DNA of 25,643 nucleotides, taken from Octopus sinensis. Taxonomy: Eukaryota. The stretch covers positions 1 to 25,643 of the forward strand of contig NW_021835674.1 of NCBI RefSeq assembly GCF_006345805.1, written 5' to 3'. The translations under genes and the position numbers were made by a program. Of the stretch, positions 10,899-20,176 are shown in pieces. The number at the start of each line of letters is the position of its first letter. Position 1 is the stretch's first letter. Below the pieces are notes generated by a model that saw only the letters and a list, made by a program, of their open reading frames with translations, had not been told where the DNA came from and searched no databases.

Positions 10899-11680
10899 TC
10901 GTTGTCGTACCCGGTGTCGTGGTAGTCAGTATCGTCATCAACATCAACAACAACAATAACAAAACAAACAAAATCACTTCACTAACCAACAAGTACAATA
11001 AACAACATCAACAAATTACGACTCTACAACAACAGCAACAATAACGAGAACAACAACAGCAACAACAACAACAGTAACAACAGCAATAACAAACTGTAAT
11101 GTAGGAAAATAATTATTGGTCTTCCCTGCCCTCGCCAAAAGCATCAACATCATCACCAAAAATGCAACGTATGGTACATTACCACCTCAAACACCATCGC
11201 CCCCCCCATCACTACTACCACTGCAACCACTACCATCACCAACCCTACTGCCACCACCGCTACCAGTAATACAACCATCACCACCACCACTACCACCACC
11301 ACCACCACCACTATCGTTATCACGAGATCTTTGCTGCAACTGACACCGCTACCATTACCATCGCCACCACCACCACCACCACCAGCGCCATTCATAAAAT
11401 CCCTTGAAATACCACCACCACCAACAACAACAGCAGCAGCAGCAGCACCATCACCACCATCACCACCACCGCCGCCGAAGCTGCCACCGCTACCGCCACC
11501 ACCACTACTTCTACCACCACGACCACTACAACCACGACGACGACGACCACCTCTACCACCACCACCACTATCACCACCACTACCACCACCACCACTGCCG
11601 CTGCCGCCACAACCACTACTCCTACCACCACGACCATCACTACAACACTATTGCTACCACTACCAACAATAACAGCACGA
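10735..11680. repeat. About 1-kb patchwork trinucleotide field (CGC/CAC/CAT/CAA/CAG/TAC/GAC)
   Basis: Directly visible, C/A-rich strand. Confidence 0.93.
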
Positions 11681-11949
11681 GTTAATTAAGGGACCTTCAT
11701 GTCATGTGTCGACCTGCGAGTAATAGCAGTTAAATTTCCCTAATTTCTTAACCTTTCGTCAATAGAAAAAAAAAAAATAATGCGAAATGGTTTTGGCTGA
11801 AATCATCTTTTGATCCTAGAACTGGATTAAGACTAAACTGGGGTTTGAACTACGACAACAATACATTATCTATAGATAAAGCCTCTACGTGGTCACGTAA
11901 TGTGCTAGAAATACCAGACAAATCTCCCTTATCTCTTTAACAAGTCAGA

Positions 11950-12380
11950 AGTAAATGCTTATTTATTCACATTGTTTTGATTTGAATTAATCATGCGTTA
12001 TCTCGTAATTTTGATATTTAGACGAGGTTAATTTGTTAATTTGTAGAATGATATTGAAGGCCGCGAGCTGGCAGAAACGTGAGCACGCCGGGCGAAATGC
12101 GTAACCGTATTTCGTCTGCCGTTACGTTCTGAGTTCAAATTCCGCCGAGGTCGATTTTGCCTTTCATCCTTTCGTACCAGTTACGCAATGGTGTCGATAT
12201 AATCGAATTAATCCGTTTGTCTGTCCTTGTTTATCCTCTTTGTGTTTAGCCCCTTGTGGGTAGTAAAGAAAAAGATATTGTAGGGCTAGTGTGAGAGGCC
12301 AGATCGGATCAGCCGGAACATAAAGCAGGAAGGATAATTCTGACCGGATGTAGCCAGTTTAAGTGCTCTGGGATAAATCT
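11950..12380. mobile_element. Decayed MITE-like octopus repeat interrupted by the SINE B copy
   Basis: The flanks aatgcttatttattcacattgttttg...gaattaatcatgc...gaatgatattg | tagggc..gtgtgagaggc... are recalled as one continuous octopus repeat, and the duplicated gatattg supports continuity. Termini are degenerate. Confidence 0.4.
12057..12273 (+). mobile_element. tRNA-derived SINE family B, full length, with a 7-bp TSD (gatattg)
   Basis: Head ggccgcgagctggcagaaacg...gttctgagttcaaattccgccgagg with A/B-box-like motifs; highly similar to 19537-19747. gatattg lies at 12050-12056 and 12274-12280. Confidence 0.92.
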
Positions 12381-12574
12381 CTGCTTAAAGCACACGTCGT
12401 ATAATAACGTTTCTGGATTTCATTCAATTAGGAAAAATACGGGATGGCCACGTTTGGGTTACCATTTCAATATTGGTCGGCTCCATCAATAGCAACTAGA
12501 CCAAAATTATTTCTATACAGTTTGTTCAACTATTTCTTCTCACCATAGACACATTCATATAATGCCCATGCGCA

Positions 12575-12806
12575 GTCACACACGCGCGCGCGCGCGTATA
12601 CATAAGGCGCACAAACGCAATCACGCGTGCGAGTATCTATCTACATACATATACATACAAGCATGCATACACATATATATACATACATACACATGCACAT
12701 ACATACATACATACATACATACATACATACATAGATACACACATGCATAGATACATACATACAAGCATACATACAAATATACATACAAATATACATACAT
12801 ACATAC

Positions 12807-12837
<31 letters not shown>

Positions 12838-12896
12838 CATAGATACACACATATACATACACACTCGCATGCGCACACGCTCCACTCCATTTTTAC

Positions 12897-12931
<35 letters not shown>

Positions 12932-12945
12932 AAAAGAGAGAGAGC
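12575..12945. repeat. (CATA)n/(CA)n/(GA)n microsatellites
   Basis: Directly visible. Confidence 0.95.
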
Positions 12946-13744
12946 GAGGCACACGTCTATATATACACCCGTCATACAAACAAATAAGCAACGCCAACGA
13001 TTAAACCAACAAATATATAAAACAAACAAATAATAATATAAAAAAATAAATAATAAATACACTATTTTATTGAGAGAAATGTTAAAATAAAATAAAATAA
13101 ATGGAAAAAATAATAAAATAGAATAAAAGTGAAATAAAAAATGTCAACCGGAAGTCGATTCAGCAGGCGATGAAGGCTTTTTCCAGATTGGTACAGGACG
13201 TGACTAGATGTGTTTGCGTGCGTATATGTATGCGTGTGTGTGTATGTGTATGTGGTATGTCTGCATGCGTATATGTGTTGCACATGAATGCGTGTGCTGT
13301 GAGTATTGTATATGTATGTGTGTATGTGTGTGCGCGTGTGTGTGCGTGTGTGTGGCGCGTGTGCTTCTGTGCATGGCTAAGGTTTGAGAAGCTTAAAAGG
13401 TTAAAAGTAAAACAAATAACGAAAAAGGAACGAAAAACCAAAAATAAAAAAAAGGCTCTAAATCCTGATAAAAACAACGAAAATAACGTGTCCGATACAT
13501 GATGCAAGCGTAAATGGTAGCCAAGCAGGAGAGGAAGAGGAATGAAACAGACAGGAAAGGAATATTAGATGGAGAGAAAGAGAGAGAGAGAGAGAGAGGG
13601 GGAGAGAGAGAGAGAGAGGGGGTGCTGGGGAGAGAGCATAGTGTCTGTTGTTTTATCGCGTCCATTTATCATCCATGGTGATGGCGGATTCTTCGCTTTT
13701 CAATGTCATTCATTCACACTGACGTTGCAAGTAACTCGTACAGT

Positions 13745-14015
13745 ATGCTTGTATGTATGTATGTATGTATGTATGTATGTATGTATGTATGTATGTATGT
13801 ATGTATGTATGTATGCATGTATGCATGCATGTATGTATGTATATGTGTGTATGTATGTATGTATGCATGTATGTATGTATGTATGTATGTATGCATGTAT
13901 GCATGCATGTATGTATATGTGTGTATGTATGTATGTATGCATGTATGTATGTATGTATGCATGTATGTATGTATGTATGTATGTATGCATGCATCTATGT
14001 ATATATGTTTGTATA
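13745..14015. repeat. (TATG)n microsatellite
   Basis: Directly visible. Confidence 0.97.
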
Positions 14016-14129
14016 TGTATGATTCTATGAATGCAGGCATGTGTCTATAAATGTGTGGATTAACTTTAAGAATGTTTGTACGCACAAAATGCACGTCCGT
14101 ATGTATGTCTGTGAATATGTCGGATTCAG

Positions 14130-14250
14130 CTTCACAGCGTGGAACCTTGGGCAAGTGTTTTCTACTATAGCCCAAGAACCGACCAAAACCTTGTGAGTAT
14201 ATTTGGTATGCGGAATCAGAAGGAAGCCCGTCGCATATCTATATCTGTGT
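14130..14250 (+). mobile_element. SINE family A, 5' portion (diverged), interrupted by a MITE
   Basis: gcgtggaaccttgggcaagtgttttctactatagcc...ccgaccaaaaccttgtgagt...gaagcccgtcg matches family A. Confidence 0.85.
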
Positions 14251-14251
14251 A

Positions 14252-14744
14252 CCGTAAATCCTCGAGTATAGTCCGCTCTTGAGTATAATACGCAGGGGAT
14301 TTTTAGGGGGCTGTACCTCTGAAAAACCTAAACCTTGTGTATAATACGCATCTCTTCTCTAACTTGAGTCAAGGTGTCCTTGGTTTGTAAAACTGTATAC
14401 GCTAACGTCCTTTATTATTATTGTATATATAACATAATGCAAACGTGTAGCTTTTTTGTGCATTTTGTTTGCAGAAAATAAAGAAATAACAGTAATAACG
14501 TTTAAGAAATGTTGCTTATTGAAAATTATGGATGATTCTTTTATGACTTCATTGCTTTCAGCCTTAGCTTAAGGTATTTTCACGCCCGACATCACAAAAT
14601 GCGTCTGAATACACATAACCAGACAGCAAATAAAGACTCGGACATTGCTCAGAAAATAATTTTCATTTTTAACCTCGTACGCACTAGGGATTTTGACCTT
14701 TAAATTTGGGGGAAAAAATGCTGATTATACTCGAGGATTTACAG
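14252..14744. mobile_element. Non-autonomous Tc1/mariner-pogo(Tc2)-type DNA transposon (MITE), 493 bp
   Basis: 22-bp TIRs ccgtaaatcctcgagtatagtc / gattatactcgaggatttacag (2 mismatches), TA on both sides (14250-51, 14745-46), subterminal gtataatacgca repeats, no ORF. Confidence 0.9.
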
Positions 14745-14912
14745 TATTTATATATGTATGTGTGTGTGTGTAACTCGAGATATAGGTCCGCGGCTATTGG
14801 AGTCTCGCGAGAGGTCTATAACGCTAAAGCGCTTTATGGATAAGATACTATTGGACAGTCTATAACCAAACATATAATTAGCTTCCTGTAAATATATGCA
14901 TATATATATATA

Positions 14913-15150
14913 CAGTAATCCCTCGCCATATCGCGGTTCACCTATCGCGGTTTATTACTTAAGCTTCCGTCGATTCCTCTGTGGTGTTACTTTGTATTTA
15001 TAATAAAATAAATATATTCAAATTACATAAATAATAATATATATATATATATATATACAGTACAGTACGGTTTTCACTTCGCGAATTTTCACTTATCGCG
15101 GGGGGACGGGGTGAGTTGGAACGTAGCATCCGCGATAGTCGAAGAATTAC

Positions 15151-15152
<2 letters not shown>
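14913..15152. mobile_element. Tigger/pogo-like MITE, 240 bp
   Basis: Imperfect TIRs cagtaatccctcgccatatcgcgg / ccgcgatagtcgaagaattactg. TA lies on the left; the right side runs into (TG)n. CAGT termini are typical of pogo/Tigger. Confidence 0.8.
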
Positions 15153-15190
<38 letters not shown>

Positions 15191-15192
<2 letters not shown>

Positions 15193-15310
15193 ACCGTGAT
15201 CACCGTGACCGACCAGGCTATCAGATGTAGCTACACATCGCTGGTCACAATGCGCTTCGCATTGTTTTAGCCTTCAAATGATGCCACCCCGCTGGCTAAG
15301 CGAGCAGGCC
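15191..15310 (-). mobile_element. 3' tail of a third SINE family (family C), 5'-truncated, embedded in (TA)n
   Basis: GC-rich 120-nt block (tcaccgtgatcaccgtgacc...gcgagcaggcc) bounded by (TA)n on both sides and recalled as the tail of an octopus tRNA-SINE. It contains hairpins such as acaatgcg-ctt-cgcattgt. Confidence 0.55.
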
Positions 15311-15340
15311 ATATATATATATATATATATATATAATAAT

Positions 15341-15613
15341 AAATATTAGGGAATGAATCCAAAATTACAGGGAAAAATCAGATTTAGGGTTAAATCCAAT
15401 TTTATAATAAAATATTATATAATATATTCGAGACAAAACCACTATTTTAAAACCAAACAAGGAAAGACTTAATCAATACATAAAATTTTAATATAAATTA
15501 AATTAAATAATTGTAGTGGCGGTTTATTTAATTAAATTTATATTAAAATTTTATGTATTGATTAAGTCTTTCCTTGTTTGGTTTTAAAATAGTGGTTTTG
15601 TCTCGAATTATAT
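15341..15613. repeat. AT-rich element with a near-perfect palindrome (84-bp arms 15427-15510 / 15524-15607, 13-nt loop); probable Penelope terminal-repeat inversion
   Basis: The arms differ at 1 position by hand alignment. The left side has about 85 unmirrored extra bases, and both ends abut (TA)n. The PLE origin is inference. Confidence 0.9.
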
Positions 15614-15679
15614 TATATATATATATATATATATATGTTTATATACACATACACACATACATATGTGTGTGTGCCTGCG

Positions 15680-15845
15680 GGTGCGTGTGTGTCTTTGTGT
15701 TTGTCCTCACCAACGACTGACAACTGGTGTGGCTCGTTAACGTCGTCGTAACTTAGTGGTTCGGCAAAAGAGACCGGGTCAATTTGTTCGATTAAACCCT
15801 TCCAGGTGGTGTTCCAACATGGCTGCCGTCCAACAAATAAAGGAT
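15680..15845 (+). mobile_element. SINE family A, 3' half (diverged)
   Basis: gtgtttgtcc...tgacaac...cgtaacttagtggttcggcaaaagagaccg...ccaacatggctgc matches the family A tail. Confidence 0.8.
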
Positions 15846-15878
15846 AGAAAATATACATATATATATAGTCTTTTAGGC

Positions 15879-16270
15879 TTTCATTTGTTTCAGTTATCTG
15901 ACTGCGGCCATTTGGGAGTACCCACATTGAAGGGTTTTTTAGTCGAAGAAATTGTCCCCAAGACTCATTCTTTATAAGCCTAGCACTTATTTTATCGTCA
16001 TATTTTGCTGAACTGCTAAGTTACAGGAACGTAAACGATGGGGAGGAGGCAAACACACATACGCACATTCACACACACAAACGCACACGCACACACACAC
16101 ACGTATACGATGAGCTTCTTTCAGTTTCATCTACTAAATCCACTCACAGGGCTTTGGTCGACCCGCGGCTACAGTAGAAGACACTTGCGCAAGGTGCCAC
16201 GCAGTGGGACTGAACCCGGAACCATGTGGTTGGAAAGCAAGCTTCTTATCACACAGTCACATTTGTGTCT
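15879..16270 (-). mobile_element. SINE family A, near full length
   Basis: Matches the reverse complement of the 6497-6982 copy from head (gtgggactgaacccggaaccatgtgg) to tail (gtttcagtt...gactgcggcc). Confidence 0.9.
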
Positions 16271-16296
16271 ACAAATAAATATATATATATATATAT

Positions 16297-16526
16297 TTCA
16301 AAATGTGACCATTCAAAATGTGACCACGTGTGTACCGTTGGCGATTTTTTTTCCTCCGTTTTCTCTTCTCTGGATCTTTCCTTTTCCTATGTTTCTGACG
16401 AAGAGCTCCGCTCGAAATGTAGAGCCCTCCTTCTTCCCTTCCTTCCTGAGCGTCCAATAATACTATATTTGTTCCACATCCTCGCGTTGTTGTGTTTTCT
16501 TTTGGTGTTTTCATGTTTGGATTAAC
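16297..16526 (+). mobile_element. Penelope-like element terminal-repeat (pLTR) fragment
   Basis: Pyrimidine-rich 230-nt block between (TA)n tracts that carries a hammerhead core and starts with a 15-bp tandem duplication (ttcaaaatgtgacca x2). PLE pLTRs are known to carry minimal hammerheads. Confidence 0.65.
16391..16425 (+). ncRNA. Minimal type-I hammerhead ribozyme motif (degenerate)
   Basis: gttt-CTGACGA-a-gagc(tcc)gctc-GAAA-tgt-a-gagc: conserved CUGANGA and GAAA boxes flank a 4-bp stem II, stem III is a near-palindrome (ATGT versus ACGT) and stem I is weak with G-U pairs. Confidence 0.65.
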
Positions 16527-16551
16527 TATATATATATAGAGAGACTGGCCA

Positions 16552-16848
16552 GGTTGCCAGCTTGCCCGATGGCAAGTGGGCCCCTGCGCCATTTGAATCC
16601 ATATATATGGGCCCGTGTTAATATCTAAGGGGCCCATCCACTCAAGTTTGGGAATTTTTCATTCACTCCTGAAGAATGCATTAATTATTTCAGCCTGGCT
16701 GTGTTTGTAAACAGTTGAAAAGAATACTTTTAACAAAACAGAAAAAAAAAAAATTAAATGATAGCATTGTAGTTGCGGGTGGGCCCCTTGTAGCTGCGGG
16801 TAGGCTCTCTTGTAGTTGTGGGTGGGTCCCCTTAATCTCCTGGCAACC
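16552..16848. mobile_element. hAT-like MITE candidate
   Basis: Perfect 9-bp TIR ggttgccag / ctggcaacc, four GGGCCC motifs (16578, 16609, 16630, 16781) and three subterminal 21-22-bp tandem units at 16767-16831. No 8-bp TSD is visible. Confidence 0.5.
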
Positions 16849-16996
16849 AATATTTTTAGACCCAGTCCATCACTCTATATGTATGTGTGTGTTTCCTTTC
16901 CTTCTCTTTTATTTTGTTTTACTTCTATTTTTATTCGGTTTTAATTTTTTGGGGACGGACTGTTTTTTTAACTACTTTTGAACTGTTTTTTTGGAC

Positions 16997-17490
16997 ATGG
17001 CAGAGAAGGAACTTAAAAAGAAGAACTCTGTCTTGGAGCGGGAAATTAACCCACCTAAGTAGTGGTTAAAAGATATGGAGGAGAGGACGGTGGTGGTTAG
17101 AACTTATTCTAAAGTTCTTGATTCCATCACCGTCTTCCCAAAACCAGTTTTAGAAAATGAACTGAAAGACTATTTGTCCTCTGTGGAATACATATCCCGT
17201 GGTGTCAAGCATGCAACCGTATGGTTGCTGTTTGACCACCGGGAAAAGGTTTGCACATTTGCGAGTCAGCCTTTAGAGGGCAACGAAATTCTGTCCCCCC
17301 CCCCACCGTCGTACTGCGGGAGGAAATTAATAAGAGCCTGGGTGTGTGGGTTACCCCCAGGCACCGAGGCGGGTTGGATTGAAGATACCCTCCGACGGGG
17401 ACTGGGGGATGTCCTTCGAGTTTTTTTAAAAGAGAGTTGAATGTTAATGGAAGAAAAGGGCTACTATTTCTAGCAGATTCACTTCTCACA
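16997..17490 (+). pseudogene. Probable non-LTR retrotransposon (L1/Tx1-like) ORF1 N-terminal fragment
   Basis: MAEKELKKKNSVLEREINPPK*WLKD continues in frame into the 121-aa ORF 17075-17440 (…KLIRAWVCGLPPGTEAGWIEDTLRRGLGDVLRV…, an RRM-like beta-GLP-helix pattern), then frameshifts into FKRELNVNGRKGLLFL. It is non-repetitive and preceded by a T-rich leader. Confidence 0.55.
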
Positions 17491-17589
17491 TAGAGGCTCA
17501 AGTTTTGACTCATAAGCACCTATGTTAGTCTTGACTGACTTTTAATCAAACTGCTTTAATATCTATTCCATTTCTACACGACTCTGGTG

Positions 17590-17860
17590 TATTTTAAGAG
17601 AGATTTGGCTGTTATTTCTAGCAGGTCGACAAGACCACATAGAAACAAACTCGTTGACGTATATTTAGTTATCTTGTTGTTGTTGTTGTTGTTGTTGTTG
17701 TTGCTTAACCCATCATCTCAGCTTTTAATCCACCAGACCCAACCAGCCTCCAGGCTTATATCATTCAATACGTCTTTCAGTTCATTGAAAAGACAGTAAA
17801 ATGCGATTCGAAAGGTATTTCAACTGCTATTTTTAGCAAACGCAACGACCGCGTTGCGTA
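17590..17860 (-). mobile_element. Old interspersed repeat family with a 'gctagaaatagcagccaaa' core (other decayed copies near 11710, 11880-11930, 17460 and 24150)
   Basis: The reverse complement of 17598-17647 (tctatgtggtcttgtcgacctgctagaaataacagccaaatctctc) aligns with 11884-11928 and 24155-24174. Several copies lie near (AAC)n/(GTT)n tracts. Confidence 0.55.
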
Positions 17861-18149
17861 GCAGATTCTTCTTTGGTTCACTGTTTAGGTGTGCTTCGGG
17901 GGGGGAGTGGGGAGGGAAGATATAGAGGCAGGGGAGAATGAACAGCTGTGAAATAAATAAATAAACAAATTGGGAGGAGGAGAAGGAGGAGGAGGTTTGT
18001 TTTAAGTGAATTACGGCACCACGCAGACTGTTGTGCGTTCATTATTCATGCGAAAATTCACGATGGAGTGAACTTGCCGACTGATAAGTCGTGAGTTCGA
18101 TTCGCGTCACTGACTGCTGATACAGTAGTGCTTGCAGTGCTCCGCTGCA

Positions 18150-18550
18150 CGGACGGTGGGGGCCGTGGTGGCGGTGGCGGTGGCGGTGGCGGTGGCGGTG
18201 GCGGTGACGGGGGGTTGGGGAAGGCGAACTCTTCTACTTCTCTTAACTCACTGACCTATGCATGCGTTGGGAAGAATTGATAAATATACAAGATTAGCGG
18301 TGGTTGTGATGGTGGTGGTGGTGGTGGTGGTGGTAGTGGCGGCGGTGGTGTTGGTGGTGGTGGTGGAGACGGATGACTGAAGTGGTGTCTGTCCTCGTTG
18401 TTGTCCTCGTCGTGGTGGTCGTGGTGGTAATGGTTGCTGGCAGCTGTTTCGTGGGGGCGTCTGAATTATATAGCGGAGCGATGGAACGAAAATGATATAA
18501 CTCTACAGGTGGTAGTAGTAGCGATAGTAGTAGTAGTAGTGGTGGTGGAT
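18150..18550. repeat. GC-rich (GGTGGC)n, (GGT)n and (AGT)n repeats
   Basis: Directly visible. Confidence 0.92.
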
Positions 18551-18775
18551 TTGGTAAAGTCGGAGATGTTTTACTAAATGTAATGTTGAGATGAAGGGAT
18601 GAGTAGAGAAGCGTTGCTGCAGATGCTGTAGTTAGTGTAAAATAAAGATTTCCGAGTGCGCGGGGGAAGTCTTCGTTGTTTTTCGATAATTTGTATGTGC
18701 GTATGTGTGTATATGTGTGTGTGTATCTGTGTCTGTGTGAGTGCGTGTATTTGTGTGTCTGTGTAACCCTTTAAA

Positions 18776-19160
18776 ATGGAAGATAAGAAAGTTCATTTTC
18801 GGTACTTGATGCTTTGGGTACCAGACAAAAATTGTTGCAGCTCGGCTGAGATATGTTACTCCAATCCTCCATATTCACCAGATATTGCTCCTTCGGATTT
18901 CCACTTATTCAGGTCTCTGCAGAATAATCTTAATGGTAAAAATTTCAATTCCTTGGATGACGTAAAAAGATACCTTGATGAATTCTTTGTCATGAAACCA
19001 CCTCAATTCTGGGAAGAGGGTATTTTCAAGTTAAAGGAAAGATGGAGACGCATTGTGCAACAAAATGGTTCATATTTAGTTGATTAAAAATGTAATGGCA
19101 AATATTTATTGACCTTTTTCTTTCCTTTAAAAATCGTCACGAACTTTCCGGACAACCCAA
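18776..19160 (+). mobile_element. Mariner (DD34D-family) transposon, internally deleted and lacking the 5' TIR
   Basis: N-terminal MEDKKVHFRYLML is fused to C-terminal PPYSPDIAPSDFHLFRSLQNNL...WEEGIFKLKERWRRIVQQNGSYLVD* (YSPDxAPxD motif). The 3' TIR aaatcgtcacgaactttccggacaacccaa is followed by TA (19161-62). Confidence 0.93.
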
Positions 19161-19536
19161 TATTTCTTTTCTCTGGATAGTCAAAGCATAAAGGGAGAAG
19201 CTTGAACGATGAGAAAATAACTATCCTCGAAACATACCTATATGATTCCCAGTTATTTTACTTAAGAGACTATTTGTATGTTTTTTGCATCGCCAGCATT
19301 CTCCGTAGCTAAAGTATTCGAATTTTTATCAACATTATAGATACTTTCGGTATTCTTGTTCATAATGTTCTATGTAAACACATACCGCTTCACTAACACT
19401 GGAGTTGCCGTAGTTGTAGTCGATATCCTCGTCAGATAATTTTAGCAAGATGTTTATTTAAAGTATTCTTGGTTGGAGAACAGTTGGATAAATCTGTAAC
19501 CATTATAACACAAGAAGGAAATGTTGGAGTCATGCA

Positions 19537-19747
19537 GGCGGCGAGCTGGTAGAAATGTTAGCACGCCGGGCGAAATGCTTAGCAGTATTTCGTCGGCCGT
19601 TACGTTCTGAGTTCAAATTCCGACGAGGTAGACTTTGCCTTTCATCCTTTCGGGGTCGATAAATTCAGTACCAGTTACGCACTTAATCCCTTTGTCTGTC
19701 CTTGTTTGTCCTCTCTGTGTTTAGCCCCTTGTGGGTAGTAAAAAAAT
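19537..19747 (+). mobile_element. tRNA-derived SINE family B
   Basis: Highly similar to 12057-12273 (ggcggcgagctgg...gagttcaaattccgacgagg...tagccccttgtgggtagtaaa), with a short internal deletion. Confidence 0.93.
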
Positions 19748-19994
19748 AGGTTTGGTCAGCCATCAAAGAACTCACAGGAATCAATCCTTTGTAAATTGTG
19801 ATACGGGTATTGATCACAACAGAACATGTGCAACCTGTGGAAAGGCGTGGCTTTCAGTTGGAGGATTGGAAAGGCATGTCAAAAGGCCTCATACTGTGGC
19901 ACCTGTTCCCTCTGCCGGCCAGCACAGCTCTGCATTATGTAATAGAATGTGAAATTTCTTAGCTAGGCTCAAGAGTTATACAAGGGTCCCACAT
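19746..19994 (+). pseudogene. Decayed array of three C2H2 zinc fingers, probably the C-terminus of an RTE-type LINE ORF2
   Basis: One frame gives (I)GLVSHQRTH, CATCGKAWLSVGGLERHVKRPH and SALCNRM*NFLARLKSYTRVPH. GL.SH.R.H is the typical RTE C-terminal finger ending. Confidence 0.6.
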
Positions 19995-20069
19995 TGCATC
20001 ATCAATGACTTATTTTAATAGTTCTTTCTAGCAATGGCTTTGCTTATATACGAGAAAGCAGCTGCTATC

Positions 20070-20145
20070 TATGTGTATATACATACATACATACACACAC
20101 ACACATACATACATAGATACATAGATACATACATACATACATACA

Positions 20146-20176
<31 letters not shown>
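20070..20176. repeat. (CATA)n/(GATA)n microsatellite
   Basis: Directly visible. Confidence 0.95.

Noticed and set aside
16767-16831. Three 21-22-bp direct repeats as a CRISPR-like array
   Set aside because: The units are contiguous with no spacers, the context is eukaryotic and there are no cas genes.
17898-17934. G-quadruplex-forming G-runs
   Set aside because: Compatible with a G4, but such runs are common in this low-complexity context and there is no supporting feature.
18812-18826. 'WVP' in the mariner ORF, resembling the conserved WVPHEL motif
   Set aside because: It arises out of frame at the deletion junction; the underlying DNA corresponds to the SLVTRQKLL segment just before the YSPD motif.
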